Of a DNA stretch of 64,000 nucleotides, positions 39,791-64,000 are shown one piece after another. Source of the DNA: Trichoplax adhaerens (lineage: Eukaryota; Animalia; Placozoa); NCBI RefSeq assembly GCF_000150275.1, contig NW_002060945.1:3123172-3187171 (forward strand), in the 5' to 3' direction. Under the pieces are notes generated by a model. The model was not told where the DNA came from, ran no database searches, and saw only the letters and a program-made list of their open reading frames with translations. Position 1 is the first letter of the stretch, and the number at the start of each line of letters is the position of its first letter. The translations under genes were made by a program, and so were the position numbers.

Positions 39791-40079
39791 GCTCGTATAA
39801 TATCAAGGACTACTAAAATAATACGCTTATATTAAAACGTTCTGATGCGTATTTCTGTGTGTGTCTGTGCGCAAAAACTGATCATTTATTGATTCGTTAC
39901 TACTCTGTATTATTATTGAATTATTAAATATATAATACAGGACGTAGATTAAAATGAGCAATAACCCACAGCATTGCTAACACTAATTAATACTGCTATC
40001 TTCTACCGTACATTGAGCAGTATTCATAGCAATTGTACCTGTCTTCCTTTCAGAATGCTAAAGAATAGCATTTTTAAAA

Positions 40080-40430
40080 TTGGATCAATTTCGCCATGAT
40101 TTTATTTATTTTTATCGAAGACCTAAGACGTTATTCATTGAGATAAATACCCCCCCCCCTATTTATATTAAATAAGCCAATTTTAGCGTAAGAATATGTA
40201 TTATTGAAACGTTTGTAATTATATACGCATAGATATTGTCAGGTCAGTCTTGGAATAGTATTTTGAAGAGTGGATTAATTTCGCCATCACTTATTACTTT
40301 TTTTAACCGAACACCCAAGACGTTAAATACGTTTAAATAGATAAATACCGCATGTTATTAACTACAAATTAAATAAGTCAATTTCAGTGTATAAAATGCG
40401 TATCATTAAAATGTTTTTAATTATATATAC
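40080..40430. repeat. Degenerate direct repeat, about 190 bp, 2 copies
   Basis: TGGAT(C/T)AATTTCGCCAT...AAGACGTT...AGATAAATACC...TTAAATAAG(C/T)CAATTT at 40081 and 40272. Confidence 0.65.
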
Positions 40431-41029
40431 GCTTGCCAAGTCCGTGTCGGGAAAATAACCAGAGTCTTATCTCGTTTGCAATATAACATTTTAATACCGG
40501 TAATGGCTGTTCTCTATCGATAGTATGTTACATACAGTATATTAGCAGTATCAATAGCCATTGAGACCCGACTGTCACAAGGTTGGGAACGAAAAAGGGA
40601 ATGTCAAGTTGTCCCACTCTGAACAATATCGATAGCAATGGTAGCTGTCTCCCTTTTAGAATGATAAGAATTGCATTTTTGAGAGTGGATTCATTTCATC
40701 GTTTTGACTTCCTTTTTTCTTCTATCGAACTACGAGACGTTATAGAGATGAATACCGCATTTTATGAATTAGATGAATCAATCAATCTTAACGTTAAATA
40801 CACGTCTCATGAAAATGTTTAAAGGTTTATAATGGTTTAAAATGAGTAAATAACTGCGTTGCTGGCGCTATGATGCTACAATTTTTTTTACCGCACTGTA
40901 TACTAATAGCATTGAACAGTTTCTGTAGCGATTGAAATGCGACTGTTGCAAAACTGCCCACTAGAAAAGGAAACATACGAGTAAAACTACCGTAGGTTCC
41001 AACTCGTTTTCGTTCAGAACATATTGGGT

Positions 41030-42075
41030 GAATTTTATAGATCCCATTTCAACCAAATCTGATACTTGTATGAGCATAAAATTCACTGAAAAACAAGCTG
41101 ACGTTTTTGGCATGTATTGTAGGTTAGATATTTTATAGATTTCATCTCAACCAAATCTGATACTTGTATGAGCATAAAATTCACTGAAAAACAAGCTGAC
41201 TTTTTGGCATCCATTGTAGGCTAGTCAACAGGGTGAGTATAAGCTATTTTATAGATCCCATTTCGACCAAATCTGATACTTGTATGAGCATAAAATTCAC
41301 TGAAAAATAAGCTAACTTATTGGCATCCATTGTAGGTTAGTGAACAGGGTGAGTATAAGTTATTTTATAAATCCCATTTCAACCAAATCTGATACTTGTA
41401 TGAGCGTAAAATTCACTGAAAAACAAGCGAACTTATTGGCATCTATTGTAGGTTAGTTATTTTATAGATTTCATCTCAACCAAATCTGATACTTGTATGA
41501 GCCTAAAATTCACTGAAAAACAAGCTGACTTATTAGCATCCATTGTAGGTTAGATATTTTATAGATTTCATTTCAACCAAATCTGATACATGTATGAGCA
41601 TAAAATTCACTGAAAAACAAACTGACTTATTGGCATCCATTGTACTGTACTGTAGGTTAGTTATTTTATAGACTTCATCTCAACCAAATCTGATACTTGT
41701 ATGAGCATAAAAATTCACTGAAAAACATGCTGACTTATTGGCATCCATTGTAGGTTAGTTATTTTATAGATTTCATCTCAACTAAATCTGATACTTGTAT
41801 GAGCATAAAAATTCACTGAAAAACATGCTGACTTATTGGCATCCATTGTAAGTTAGTTATTTTATAGATTTCATCTCAACTAAATCTGATACTTGTATGA
41901 GCATAAAAATTCACTGAAAAACATGCTGACTTATTGGCATCCATTGTAGGTTAGTTATTTTATAGATTTCATCTCAACTAAATCTGATACTTGTATGAGC
42001 ATAAAAATTCACTGAAAAACATGCTAACTTATTGGCATCCATTGTAGGATTGTAGGTTAGTGAACAGGGTGAGTA
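41030..42075. repeat. Tandem minisatellite, unit about 98 bp (some about 116 bp), about 10 copies
   Basis: AAATCTGATACTTGTATGAGCATAAAATTCACTGAAAAACA.GCTGACTTATTGGCATCCATTGTAGGTTAG repeated about every 98-116 bp. Confidence 0.95.
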
Positions 42076-44207
42076 TGGGGGTAAAATGCCAACAATGAGT
42101 ACCGGCTTAGTAGAAGATTTGGGTCGACTGGTCGCGTCATTGTCCATACAGTACAGTATTTCAAGTTGAACCAAAGTGACACCGGTTGCCGTGTTTCAAT
42201 AGTTTGTACCGTAACCTTGGATGGATGACCAGTGAAATACGATCATTTGAGTAGTGTCGTGCATGGGGTGACCCCATCTAGTGGTTGACGCTTGAGGTCA
42301 GAGGTGCACTAGTATCGTCCGTATGAGGTTCAGGCGTTCAGTTCAGCGATTGTCCGCTCACAGTACAGTACACTTTCAATCCTTAGTACTGTAGCAGCCA
42401 GAAAAACCAGTTTGCAGTACCAGTACCGATAGAGTCCGTACCGTGCTGGACTTGGACTTTGGACTGTAACAACTGACTTCAGGCAGTACAGTAGTTGCTG
42501 TCGTTAGAATGGGTACTGTACCATGCATGTCAGAAAGGCATACCGTATTGTATAGGACGATCAACATCAGGTAGCAGCCATCATTCGTTTCTTCTTCACT
42601 CTTAGCAAGCCTACTTCGTTGACCGCTGGCAAAGCAGTCTTTGAAAAAGAATCTGTGGAATATGTTTTCACTTTGTAGGATTTCTTCCAAGTTAAGAACC
42701 ACTCCAGTAAGTGAATAATGTAGTTCATATAGTCTACTAATTAACTCTTGGAAATTTTCATTAGTAGTCACTCAGTTATAGCATGAAGCAACGTCTTCTT
42801 TGCTGCCACATTGACTGCCATTTAGACGTGATTCGATGACTCCATGATGCCAACCCACATGAGCCATCATGGTGTCTTATACAATCAATTCGTTATGATG
42901 TTTAAGCTTTACATTAAGCTGTTCACTATGGAATGTACAGTTATAATATCGATAGTCGCTTTGTGTGTCATAACATACCTTACAAATGCAAATCGATTGA
43001 TCACGGAGCGTAGGAAAATTGATTGTATTGACTGCACTCTATCAGTTCACTCTTCTTCAGTACCCAGCAAAACTCTTCATTTTACTCAATGACTCCATGA
43101 TTGTACTACTGTTGAGCTACAACCTGGACTACACTACACATGGACTTGCAGTAAAGTAAAATTCAGCTTTTTAGTGGGAAATACCAACATCAGTAACGTA
43201 CCGATTGGCCTTTTCATCAGCTAATCCAGGCTATCAATATCATTAATGACATGCTGGAAATCATGAACAACAATGGCGCGACGCTATCTTGCCATCGTAA
43301 ACATAAAACAGTTATAGCAACTTTATGATAAATTGCAATATGGTCGTTGTTGCTATAGTATGATGTGTAATCATCAAGATCAAGCGTTAATCGTATCTCG
43401 AATAGTGATTCTCCTTTGCTATTTACCTTCTCAGATAAAATCTGGACTTTCGGACTTACTTGATGTACTCATATTTGCAGTGGACGATGTGTAAATACCG
43501 TACGTACATCGCGAACATCCTCTGTCTTGCGCCATCGTTATAGTAGCATTGATAAAATACAATGTTATTCTTGTAGTAGAGGCAGGCAGCTAAGAGTAGA
43601 AAGGAGTATATAGCTATCTTTGATTTTTATTCTGTACATTGACATTATTTGTATCTTACAAGTTATTCCATCATAAATAAACGTTCTGAATACTACTGTG
43701 TATTAGACTCAGCATTGTACCTTGTACTTTATCATCATTGTCCGTTATTGCAAGAACGAGCAAAGTGCTAATGCTTTATTAGGTCCAGAAATGAACTGAT
43801 ATATACCTCGTACGTAGTTCATACTCTCTAGACTAGCATCGCACAAAACTGACTTAACTATTTCACTTACTCTTCTATTTTGATAAAATATGAATCTATC
43901 GGCTGCGCATTTGGCCAGTAATATTATTAGCTTCACCGATGTTCACTATTAGAAGCGTTAAAATACATGTTACTCCCTTATTGTAACAGTACGGTCTAGT
44001 AGTAAAATTCATACTTGACGTAAAATGTTGAAAGAATAGGATGTAGAGTACGGAAGGAATAACCTTGATAAGGTTTCAACTATAAGTCAATTAAATATCC
44101 ATTCATTCAATTGTAAATAGAGCTCGTAATTGTACTTTTGATGTGCGTTAGCTAAGAGCTTATTGTTGAAATTAACTTCCTGCTAATTTTTTGATTCACG
44201 AAACTAG

Positions 44208-46208
<2,001 letters not shown>

Positions 46209-47762
46209 GAAGCACATAATGTAATAAAATAATATCATTTTATGTACTTCTCTTGAATGAAGCTTTGCGAACTAGACTAGAGCTTCTACTATACATTATC
46301 GCAATAATTTCGCTGCACAAGCCGTGAAAGCAATGTGCAAATTTTTACAGGATTGAGATTTTTTGTACTCCGACAGAACAGCCATGCTAAGTAACATTAT
46401 AATTATCTTAAGGTTTACAAATCTCAAGAAATTTGAAGTATCAAAAATTAAAAAAGTGGGGAATTGAAACGTATCACGATTGTGTTTATTGTGGTGACTT
46501 CGTGTCAAAGTTCTAAAAGTATTAGTAAATATTGTTTAGTATATGTGAACATATAACCTATGCATGTTATTACGCCTTCAGGTAAATGAAGAATAGAATT
46601 TATAGTAGTTACTTTTATCTCATCAAATATTGTAGCTGTTGTTTACTACTGCTGTACATGTAAATAATTTGACAGCTTGAATCCACGTATGCATGCCGTT
46701 ACATCGAATTTAATCAGTTTAATGCTACTAATGGGAGCATACTGCATATTAAAGTCTGACCTATTTACCTTGCTATTAATTGTTCAGTATTATAGACAGC
46801 AGTCCCTGATATAATTATGATAGGATTCTGAGAAGCACATGCCATATTGTTGCCATTGATATAACTATAGTTATCATGTATAATTGTACATGTATGGTAA
46901 TACAATTAAAAAATAGATACGTACTCGTATTATGAATCTCTTCAGTATCCTGCTAGACAAGATGTTATCATCAACTTTTGCGCTAAAATTTTGAGTGATT
47001 ACAGTACATACAGATTATTTAGATAATTTCCTACATATTGTGGATATTGGCATTTGTGCTTGCACTGAATGAAATTTTGCATCATGAAGGCGTGAGCCGC
47101 TAATACAATACAGTACTGGTAAAAATAACGAACTGCAAATAAGACCGGACGAGACTATTTCAAGTTGATCCGATTATAATTTCTATATAAATAATTAGTT
47201 AACACCTAAACACAGTTGCTCGTCAGTCTATCTGTACAACTGGGCATATAGCAAGACATGCAGTACAAGGTACAGTACAGTACAGTTCAAACGGTACCGT
47301 AGGCACAGGCGTGCGGTAACTACGGCAACAGACTACATCATGTTTGCAAGGAATTATAACTGCTCTCCATAGTTAAAACCGTTAATAAAATAATATTGCT
47401 ATATCTAGTAATTATTGGGTATGTAAATATCCGTATAAAGGAAGATAAGATATTTAGGTTACAGGAGGCAATTTAATCGAAAGTATGATACAGTGGCGGT
47501 TGTCAGTTACTATCAATAGCAAATAATCTCCTGGATCAGATTAACATTGGCTTATGGTTCCGTAATATATAAATCATCAAGAAGTCATTCATACCTATTT
47601 AAATCTCATCGACTGTAATATCACGGGGGTTGCACACGTATTAATCTGTGAAGGTAAATAAACCAACATCGGTGAAGATTGGATTTGTAGACGATTCGTT
47701 TGCTATTAGTGCTGTACATTATACGTGGAACTGGCTAGCTAGTCGTTACGCACAAGCTCACA

Positions 47763-51246
<3,484 letters not shown>

Positions 51247-52314
51247 TCATTTCGGTAAATATACGTACAAGATACAGCTGTTATGGTGTATAAGAAGCTT
51301 ATTAATCGGCAAGGAGAGACTTTAAATTGGTCTTACGGAGAGAGACTTCTGGCTTTACATCGATCATGTCTATTCTTTTAAACACAAGGATTTCAAATTA
51401 TAAGATAACATTACTGTACATTGTGTTATAAATAAAGGCTGATATAACAGTAAATTAATAATCACTTTAGGTGAATATGACTAAAGTAAAGTTTCTAACA
51501 TTTTAATTCATTCAAATTTTATTATACTGTTCTACAAAGATTATGTATAAAAAGATATCGTGAATACATCGTAACCATAACTTTAAAGCTTCAGATTATT
51601 TTCGCTTATAGAAGTAAAAGATTGAAATATTGAAAACGATTTTGCATATCCTCCATTTTTGTATTGCGAGTATAACATTATTTTCAATTAAAATGAAATT
51701 AAACTACCGATAGGGGCGATTCTTAGCTGCTATTTTTAAGCCTTGTAGCACAGTGTTTCTATGCTAGACATTTCTAGATTGATATACATAGTTGAAGATG
51801 CCCCTACAGATAGTTTTTAACACATGATTGATCAATCTTAGATGACGATATTGAGTTAGGTTAAGTTATAAAAAGAATCTGAAATATTGATTTTCCCTCA
51901 AATAACTTTTTTTCGGTATCGCAAGCACTACTGGTATGATCAGTTAGCAATTTTGTAGCGTTTGCATATTGCGACTGTACAATACGAGTAGACGTGCTTG
52001 CATATCGCGTCTGGCATGAATACTACCAAAAGCAGACTAATTTTACAACATTTTATACTGTGTCATGATGGTCATGTTATTCTATTGGTTGATAATTGCA
52101 CGAACTATAGCAGCATAATACAAGTTCCAGGCACATTGCTGTCTATATGGGATGCTTTAGTACTCTACTCGTATGGTATAAATATTATTAATTTACTTAT
52201 TTTCAGTCATGATGCAATCATACTCGATGTCGCTTTAAGTTCTATACAAAAGATAGTGGACATGTATTGATGTTGATTGAACATGTATTTGCGACAAATA
52301 ACTAATGAGTCAGT

Positions 52315-52572
52315 TTAATTACGCTCCAGTACGGCTCGACGAAATTTCACCTTCTCTTTATCACTCTTTTCGCAATCTTCAACCGTGATCCGATTGAGTA
52401 GTCGCTCTTCTCTTTCCTCGACTGCACTCTCTTGTGCAATAGCAGCCCTATTTGACTTGTCACCAAATAAATTTTCGATGTTATATCCTACCAAGCCGAT
52501 CACAAGAGCAGCAGGGAAAACTATTATTGGAGCATAAGTGCGAGCTAATCCCATGATGATCGGTAGTACCAT
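52315..52572 (-). CDS. SMIM12: Small integral membrane protein 12 (UPF0767), single coding exon
   Basis: MVLPIIMGLARTYAPIIVFPAALVIGLVGYNIE...EEREERLL...AVLERN matches the recalled SMIM12 pattern RTYAP-x-FP-x-GY-x-E ... ERRE-R-L ... AVLNRN. First ATG is at 52572. Confidence 0.88.
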   Translation of the reverse strand: MVLPIIMGLARTYAPIIVFPAALVIGLVGYNIENLFGDKSNRAAIAQESAVEEREERLLNRITVEDCEKSDKEKVKFRRAVLERN

Positions 52573-54751
52573 CTTTACAAGGTACTTTAGCCCTCCCAAT
52601 CTTGTTACAAATTAGAATAAATTTTGAAGGAGAAGAATCTAATTTCCGAGTTCCGACCTGCCACGGACCGAGATGATGAAATGAAGATCCTTGCTGAAGG
52701 CAGAATGTACAGTACAGTACGTACAGTGTACAGTGTCCAGTACTGTAAAAGGCAGCGGTCAGCCAAAGTGCAACAACGTAAATTCATGATCCAAAATCCT
52801 GGTCTAAAAGCTGTTAAAATCTGAAAATATTGATCATCTTATTTAATATCTATAGATAGTACTCCCAAACTTATGAGCTTTATTACCCTGTTTATATGAT
52901 ACATGGAAATATTTAACAGATTACGGAGTGGGCCATTGAACTGTTACAAGTTTCGTGCAGAAGTAACAGCCAGCTCTAAATTCAGCCGATGAACATTTTT
53001 ACACGGACGCCATTGTTTTTCGGTCGAAGTCCTCTATTGACGCAAACGTTTTATTTTCAAAAATTTTTCATTTGCAGTCAAATAGTGCTTTATTTGTCTA
53101 TTTGTGTGCAGTAGTCCTTACACCAACATGCCACTCCGATGCAATATTCACTAGTAGCAAAAGTAGACCGGACTTCTACTAGATACCTCTAGAACTACTA
53201 ACATTAAGTATTTGTCTTACCACTATCACTACTAGTGTACTGCACTGTGCCATATTTTTAAAACAAAAATCAGATATCGTAGTGGGCATGTACTGTACTC
53301 GTAAGTACTAGATATACTGTATAGTAGAAGTGGTAGTCCATGACATACAGTACTGTATAGTAGCAGCAAATATTGAGAGTTCTGAGATTGTGCGATGTAA
53401 CCAGTATGATATAAGTACCGACTGTACCGTCAATATTTGCTAAAATAGCACCAGATGATTGCCCGCAACCGCAGCAGTATATTTGCGCGGTGTTTATAAT
53501 TACTAGTACGGTATATCCCTCGCTATCAACGTACAAGGCGAGCGCCGAGCGGGGACGAGTCTATACTGGTTATTTTTCAACTACGGTATACGAATATTTA
53601 TTAATCAATTAATCATATACGCGTATACATAGAATTATAATAGTTCGTTTGTTTTATTTTATGTAGCATGGCCAAAATTATTCATCAAAGCTATCTATCG
53701 TAAACACCGATTAAAGCATAAAATAACCTTGTTATAACAGACTAGTGTATCAACAGCTTAAATGGCGTATTTTTATGTACCTGCAATATGAAGTATCAGT
53801 GTAGGTATGATTTAGCGTAAAAGTTACTGACATATTATTTTTATCCATTAAAAGTTTGGCCTTTCGTATTGATATTATCTGCAAAACAGATATCCTGTAC
53901 AGTACATTAGTTCACCCGAACACTAGAAATTATATTGAAGGAGATTAAATCTGTTAAGGTTATGAACATGTCGTGTCGATATTATAATACGTACAATGCA
54001 AACGAAAATTCTTACATGTAGTCAACTGAAATATCGGAAATTTTCTCCCCAACTAATAAAGCAATATAAATTAATACCACAAGGATATTAACAGGTACAT
54101 CCAGTACAGTTCAATTTCGATATCATACCATTGAAAATACAGAAGAAGGACATGAACAAGTTACAGGATGTACCGTCAACGGTTATCGCAATACAATGGG
54201 GAAAAGCTGCTCAAAAACTGAATTAAATTGGGTAAATAAATCTGCTCCTAGTGGCGTGGTAACTAATAAATCTAGAAGATCTACGTCAATAAAAGTCTAA
54301 TTTAACCATTACTTGCTCGTTGTGCACTATCGTTTCGTATTATTGATATGATAGCAATTTGTATAGCGTTCACTGTAAAATTGTAACAATCATATATTAC
54401 TTATTTTACTAACATAGATATCCTCCAATAGAAGTTATTGGCAATATAAACTGATTTCCGTAGCGTTAGAAATGACTTTTTGTCTTTCAAAATATGGTAA
54501 GCGATATGCAAAAGCAAGTGACGTAAAAAATATTTTACATGAAGAGATACTAGGCTGATATAAAAGTTATAGTACAAGTTAATCCGATTAAGCTGATATG
54601 TGTAAATAAGTATAATTTAGCCCTGAAAAAACGTAGCATTCTTTGACATTCGGGATTTGGTAAAGCTATTTCGACAATGACATGCTTTTGTATCATTCCA
54701 ATTTCTTATGAATGAAAGGATGAATTAACTGATATGCTGACTGCAACAACT

Positions 54752-60471
<5,720 letters not shown>

Positions 60472-61194
60472 CTAATGATAAATACAAACAGTATTGATAA
60501 GAATTACAAAAGTAATTTCTATTTGAAGCAAAAACCTTTTCAGTACATATGTTGATTTTAATTGAATCATGTATCTTTTGAGTCTATGCCGTTTCGTTTA
60601 CATGCCAACACTAGTATTAATCAACCAACAGCCAGTATCTGCGTAGTATGATCACGCCATTGCAAGAACGTTGTATGATACTAAAATTAAGCGTTAATAT
60701 ACCTTTTGCTGGCTTTACGTGCGCATTCGCAAGTCTTAGCTGTCACGGTCTGGTTCTACAGTACAGTATACGCTTATTGATTAATTATATTATCAATAGT
60801 ATCTATGCGTATCTGCCAGAGTGTATAATATACCATGCCGTCAATTGTATAAGTTGAACTATACTCTGCTAGACCGACGTCTAATCGACTTGATCCCGCT
60901 TTTCTTTTACTTGCTCTGCAAGTACAGACTGGGATACTTTTTATTAGTGTTCCATGGCTTGAACGACTGTATTGAAACAAAAGTCTTGTATGGGACACTA
61001 TATGCTACAGCTTCTTTACCAGATCACTGTGTTTTGATGACAATATATATACACTATTGTGCAGTAGATACGTATGCTATAGCAGAGTATACAGTAGAAG
61101 GTCCGTCTAATCGAATTGATCCGAATCTACTGTACAACGCCGTAGGCAAATATTAGATCATCGTCATCCGTGCAATTTAAGGCTTCAAATTTGA

Positions 61195-61985
61195 CATGGT
61201 GACTAATTGTAGTCTTTATACATAAGTAAGGCCAATAATGACGGTAAGTTAACGTACGGAGTAGTGAACAAGAGTATGGATGTTGGCCATTTTACATGAT
61301 GACTAATTATAATAGTCTTTATACTTCAGTAAGGGCCTGTAAGGCCAATAATGATGGTAAGTTAACGTAGGGAGTAGTGAACAAGAGTATGGATCTTGGC
61401 CACTTTACATGATGACTAATTATAACAGTCTTTATACTTCAGTAAGGGCCTGTAAGGCCAATAATGATGGTAAGTTAACGTACGGAGTAGTGAACAAGAG
61501 TATGGATCTTAGCCATTTTACGTGATGACTAATTATAGTAGTCTTTATACTACAGTAAGGCGAATAATGATGGTAAGTTAACGTAGTGAGTAATGAACAA
61601 GAGTATGGATCTTGGCCATTTTATATGATGATAAACTATAACAGTCTTTGTACTTCAGTAAGGCGAATAATGATAGTCAGTTCGTGTACAGAGTAGTGAA
61701 AGAGTATCGATCTTGGTCATTTTACATGATGACTAATTATAAATAGTCTTTGTACTTCAGTAAGGCGAATAATGATAGTCAGTTCGTGTACAGAGTAGTG
61801 AAAGAGTATCGATCTTGGTCATTTTACATGATGACTAATTATAAATAGTCTTTGTACTTCAGTAAGGCCAATAATGATAGTCAGTTCGTGTACAGAGTAG
61901 TGAAAGAGTATCGATCTTGGTCATTTTACATGATGACTAATTATAAATAGTCTTTCTACTTCAGTAAGACCAATAATGATGGTAA
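61195..61985. repeat. Tandem minisatellite, unit about 100-113 bp, about 7.5 copies in two sequence variants
   Basis: GACTAATTAT...AGTCTTT.TACTTCAGTAAGG...AATAATGAT...AGTAGTGAA..AGAGTAT.GATCTTGG.CATTTTACATGAT at about 61201, 61301, 61414, 61527, 61630, 61731, 61833 and 61936. Confidence 0.95.
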
Positions 61986-64000
61986 TCTTGGCAGATCATT
62001 TTCTACCATTACAGTATAAGGTGTTCCCTTTCCAAATACACCCTGGGTAAATGCCGGCTTTTGCTAGCGTAACAAGAGTACCTTCACTATGAGCATGACT
62101 GCGCAATTATGCACTAACGGGTACAAATGATCAACGTTCGGTACCTACTGTCCTAAATGTTTACTCAGTGTATGTTCCACTCACATTGTATCCGCGCCAA
62201 CGATCCAGCCGAAATAACGACTACAGTGGTACTGAAATCGGGGATCTATTTCACCGCAGAGACACAATAAATTCAAGTACTGTACAGTAGAAAATGGAGT
62301 CATATCCTGCATAAAAGCGACAATTTCTCTTTCTAGCAGAAAAGAACAACTGATAGTCCTTTCTGTGATCATTAAAATACTCATAAAAACAATGTACAAA
62401 AATAATGATCATCATCGGTTGTGTCCACTTCTGTACTCTCTCCTTTATCATCACGCCAAAGCAATGTCGTAGAATGAAATGGCTTTTACACTTGTTGAAG
62501 CCAATCGCTACCGGCTACAACAGTATACTATCTTGCAAAGGAGATTTTGATTTGTAATGACTCCAGTAACGGGGGGTCATTGACCAAATCCTACCCTATT
62601 GTATCGGACATATTTTCACCGATAGAAAAATGGTGTTCAACCTATCCAAATTAAGAAGGGATCCACTGTACCTGGTACAAATTACGCCAACCTGGTGTAG
62701 GCAGACTGTATCAACATTGCCATTTCTACATACTGTATACTAGACAGGACAAATTTCTTTTTATTTACTTTATTTGTACGCTACAGTACACATCACGTGG
62801 GGATCCGGCAACTCTCCTAGAATTTCCACCAAGGTAAATTCACCATTAATTATGGTCAAGCAAATCCACTTAACTAAACTATACTCCACATCATACAAAC
62901 TGATGATAATGTAGAGAACATGATCGAGTTTGCCTTAATCAATCAATAAATGAAACCCCCCCAAAAAACCATAACCATGGAACGATTAGCAGTATCGTCA
63001 TAAATCCTTTATTGCTCCTCTATCGCACCATACTGTACAGTGCGGTATGCACTAAAACTATACTGTCTCCAGTATGTGTCAGAGGAGACCGGATGGTTTC
63101 ACGCTGATTAATTCAATGGAAGTAATAATGACTGATCTGGCTGCCATCATCATCATCATCTTATTTTAAGGTTTCGATATCTCGACTTGATATAAGAGGA
63201 AATATGTGCCTCTATGTTAGTAGCAGTAATCCTCTATCGAAGCTAAAAGAACATTGGGAAACGTTTCCACTTTGAGTTGGATATATCGAAGTTCCATCAG
63301 CAGTACTATACTGTCTATGAAGGTGGTTTACCACTGAAAGCTAAAGTTGAAATGAAATGTCTACAACTTGTTTTTGTATCAATTTAGCCGGTTTCTACGC
63401 GTCTTTCGACTACAGTATGAGAATCTTGTAGCGACGAAAAATTGGACAGGTGATGTGCGTTAATACATCTATCAATAAATGAATACTGGATAACAGAAAT
63501 GCAAGACGTTGCCAAGTATTAAAAGGACCACAAATGTATTGCAACTGCAGTGGTTCCTTTTACAAAGAAAAATTGACAATCGATGATATCAAGAAAGAAT
63601 AAATACAGTACGATAGAGGCGATAGTCAAGAAGCATTTGTAACGGGAAGTTATCCATGTAGCAGACACCATTGAAAGCTATTTCTACCCTAGATCAATAT
63701 CGTAGATAGAATAACACACCTAAACCTATTTCAGCACAATGTGTTACTTGCAAGAAATACGCATACATACGACATAGTGTGAACATGGATATCGTCCATT
63801 CTTACGCTATTCTACGATTGACAGTTTGGCTTGCATTACAAACGAGTGGAACAAAAATAGCGCTAAGCATTACAACCTTCAAATACCATGGGATTATCAT
63901 TGCTACTACTTACCGGAAGGCCAAGAGCACTTAAAATAACCATGGGCGAACCAAAAAATCGATTGGACAAGTTTTTAAATCAACAATAAAATGATTTCCA

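Noticed and set aside
53500-53572. GC-rich imperfect inverted repeat resembling a tRNA or transposon end
   Set aside because: No tRNA cloverleaf or A/B boxes, the arms match poorly, and there is no second copy in the window.
61195-61985. Tandem C/D snoRNA or spliced-leader RNA array (ATGATGA and GGTAAG motifs in the units)
   Set aside because: No D box (CTGA), terminal stem or clear Sm site, and the GGTAAG motif is lost in the newest units.

Overview
AT-rich eukaryotic genomic DNA with compact genes and mostly 70-150 bp GT-AG introns. The architecture suggests an early-branching animal, most likely a placozoan such as Trichoplax (inference, not proven). Genes reconstructed by hand-splicing, in order: PIAS SUMO E3 ligase (+); three tandem paralogues of the voltage-gated proton channel Hv1/HVCN1 (-, -, +); an intronless bacterial-type class I glutamine amidotransferase/peptidase C26 gene (+) lying between the 2nd and 3rd Hv genes; NEIL1 (+); ETFA (+); KATNAL2 (+); SMIM12 (-); NEDD4 (-). 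Intergenic DNA holds several 70-170 bp minisatellite arrays and TACAG/CTGTA-rich islands that sit upstream of the housekeeping genes. The most notable signals are the three diversified Hv channels with intact conserved motifs, the candidate horizontally acquired amidohydrolase inside that cluster, and the cluster's position in a block whose human counterparts lie on 15q/18q, where the Hv relative TMEM266 neighbours ETFA. Most short ORFs in the supplied track are spurious or are exon-plus-intron read-throughs. Exon coordinates were read by eye and may be off by a few bases.
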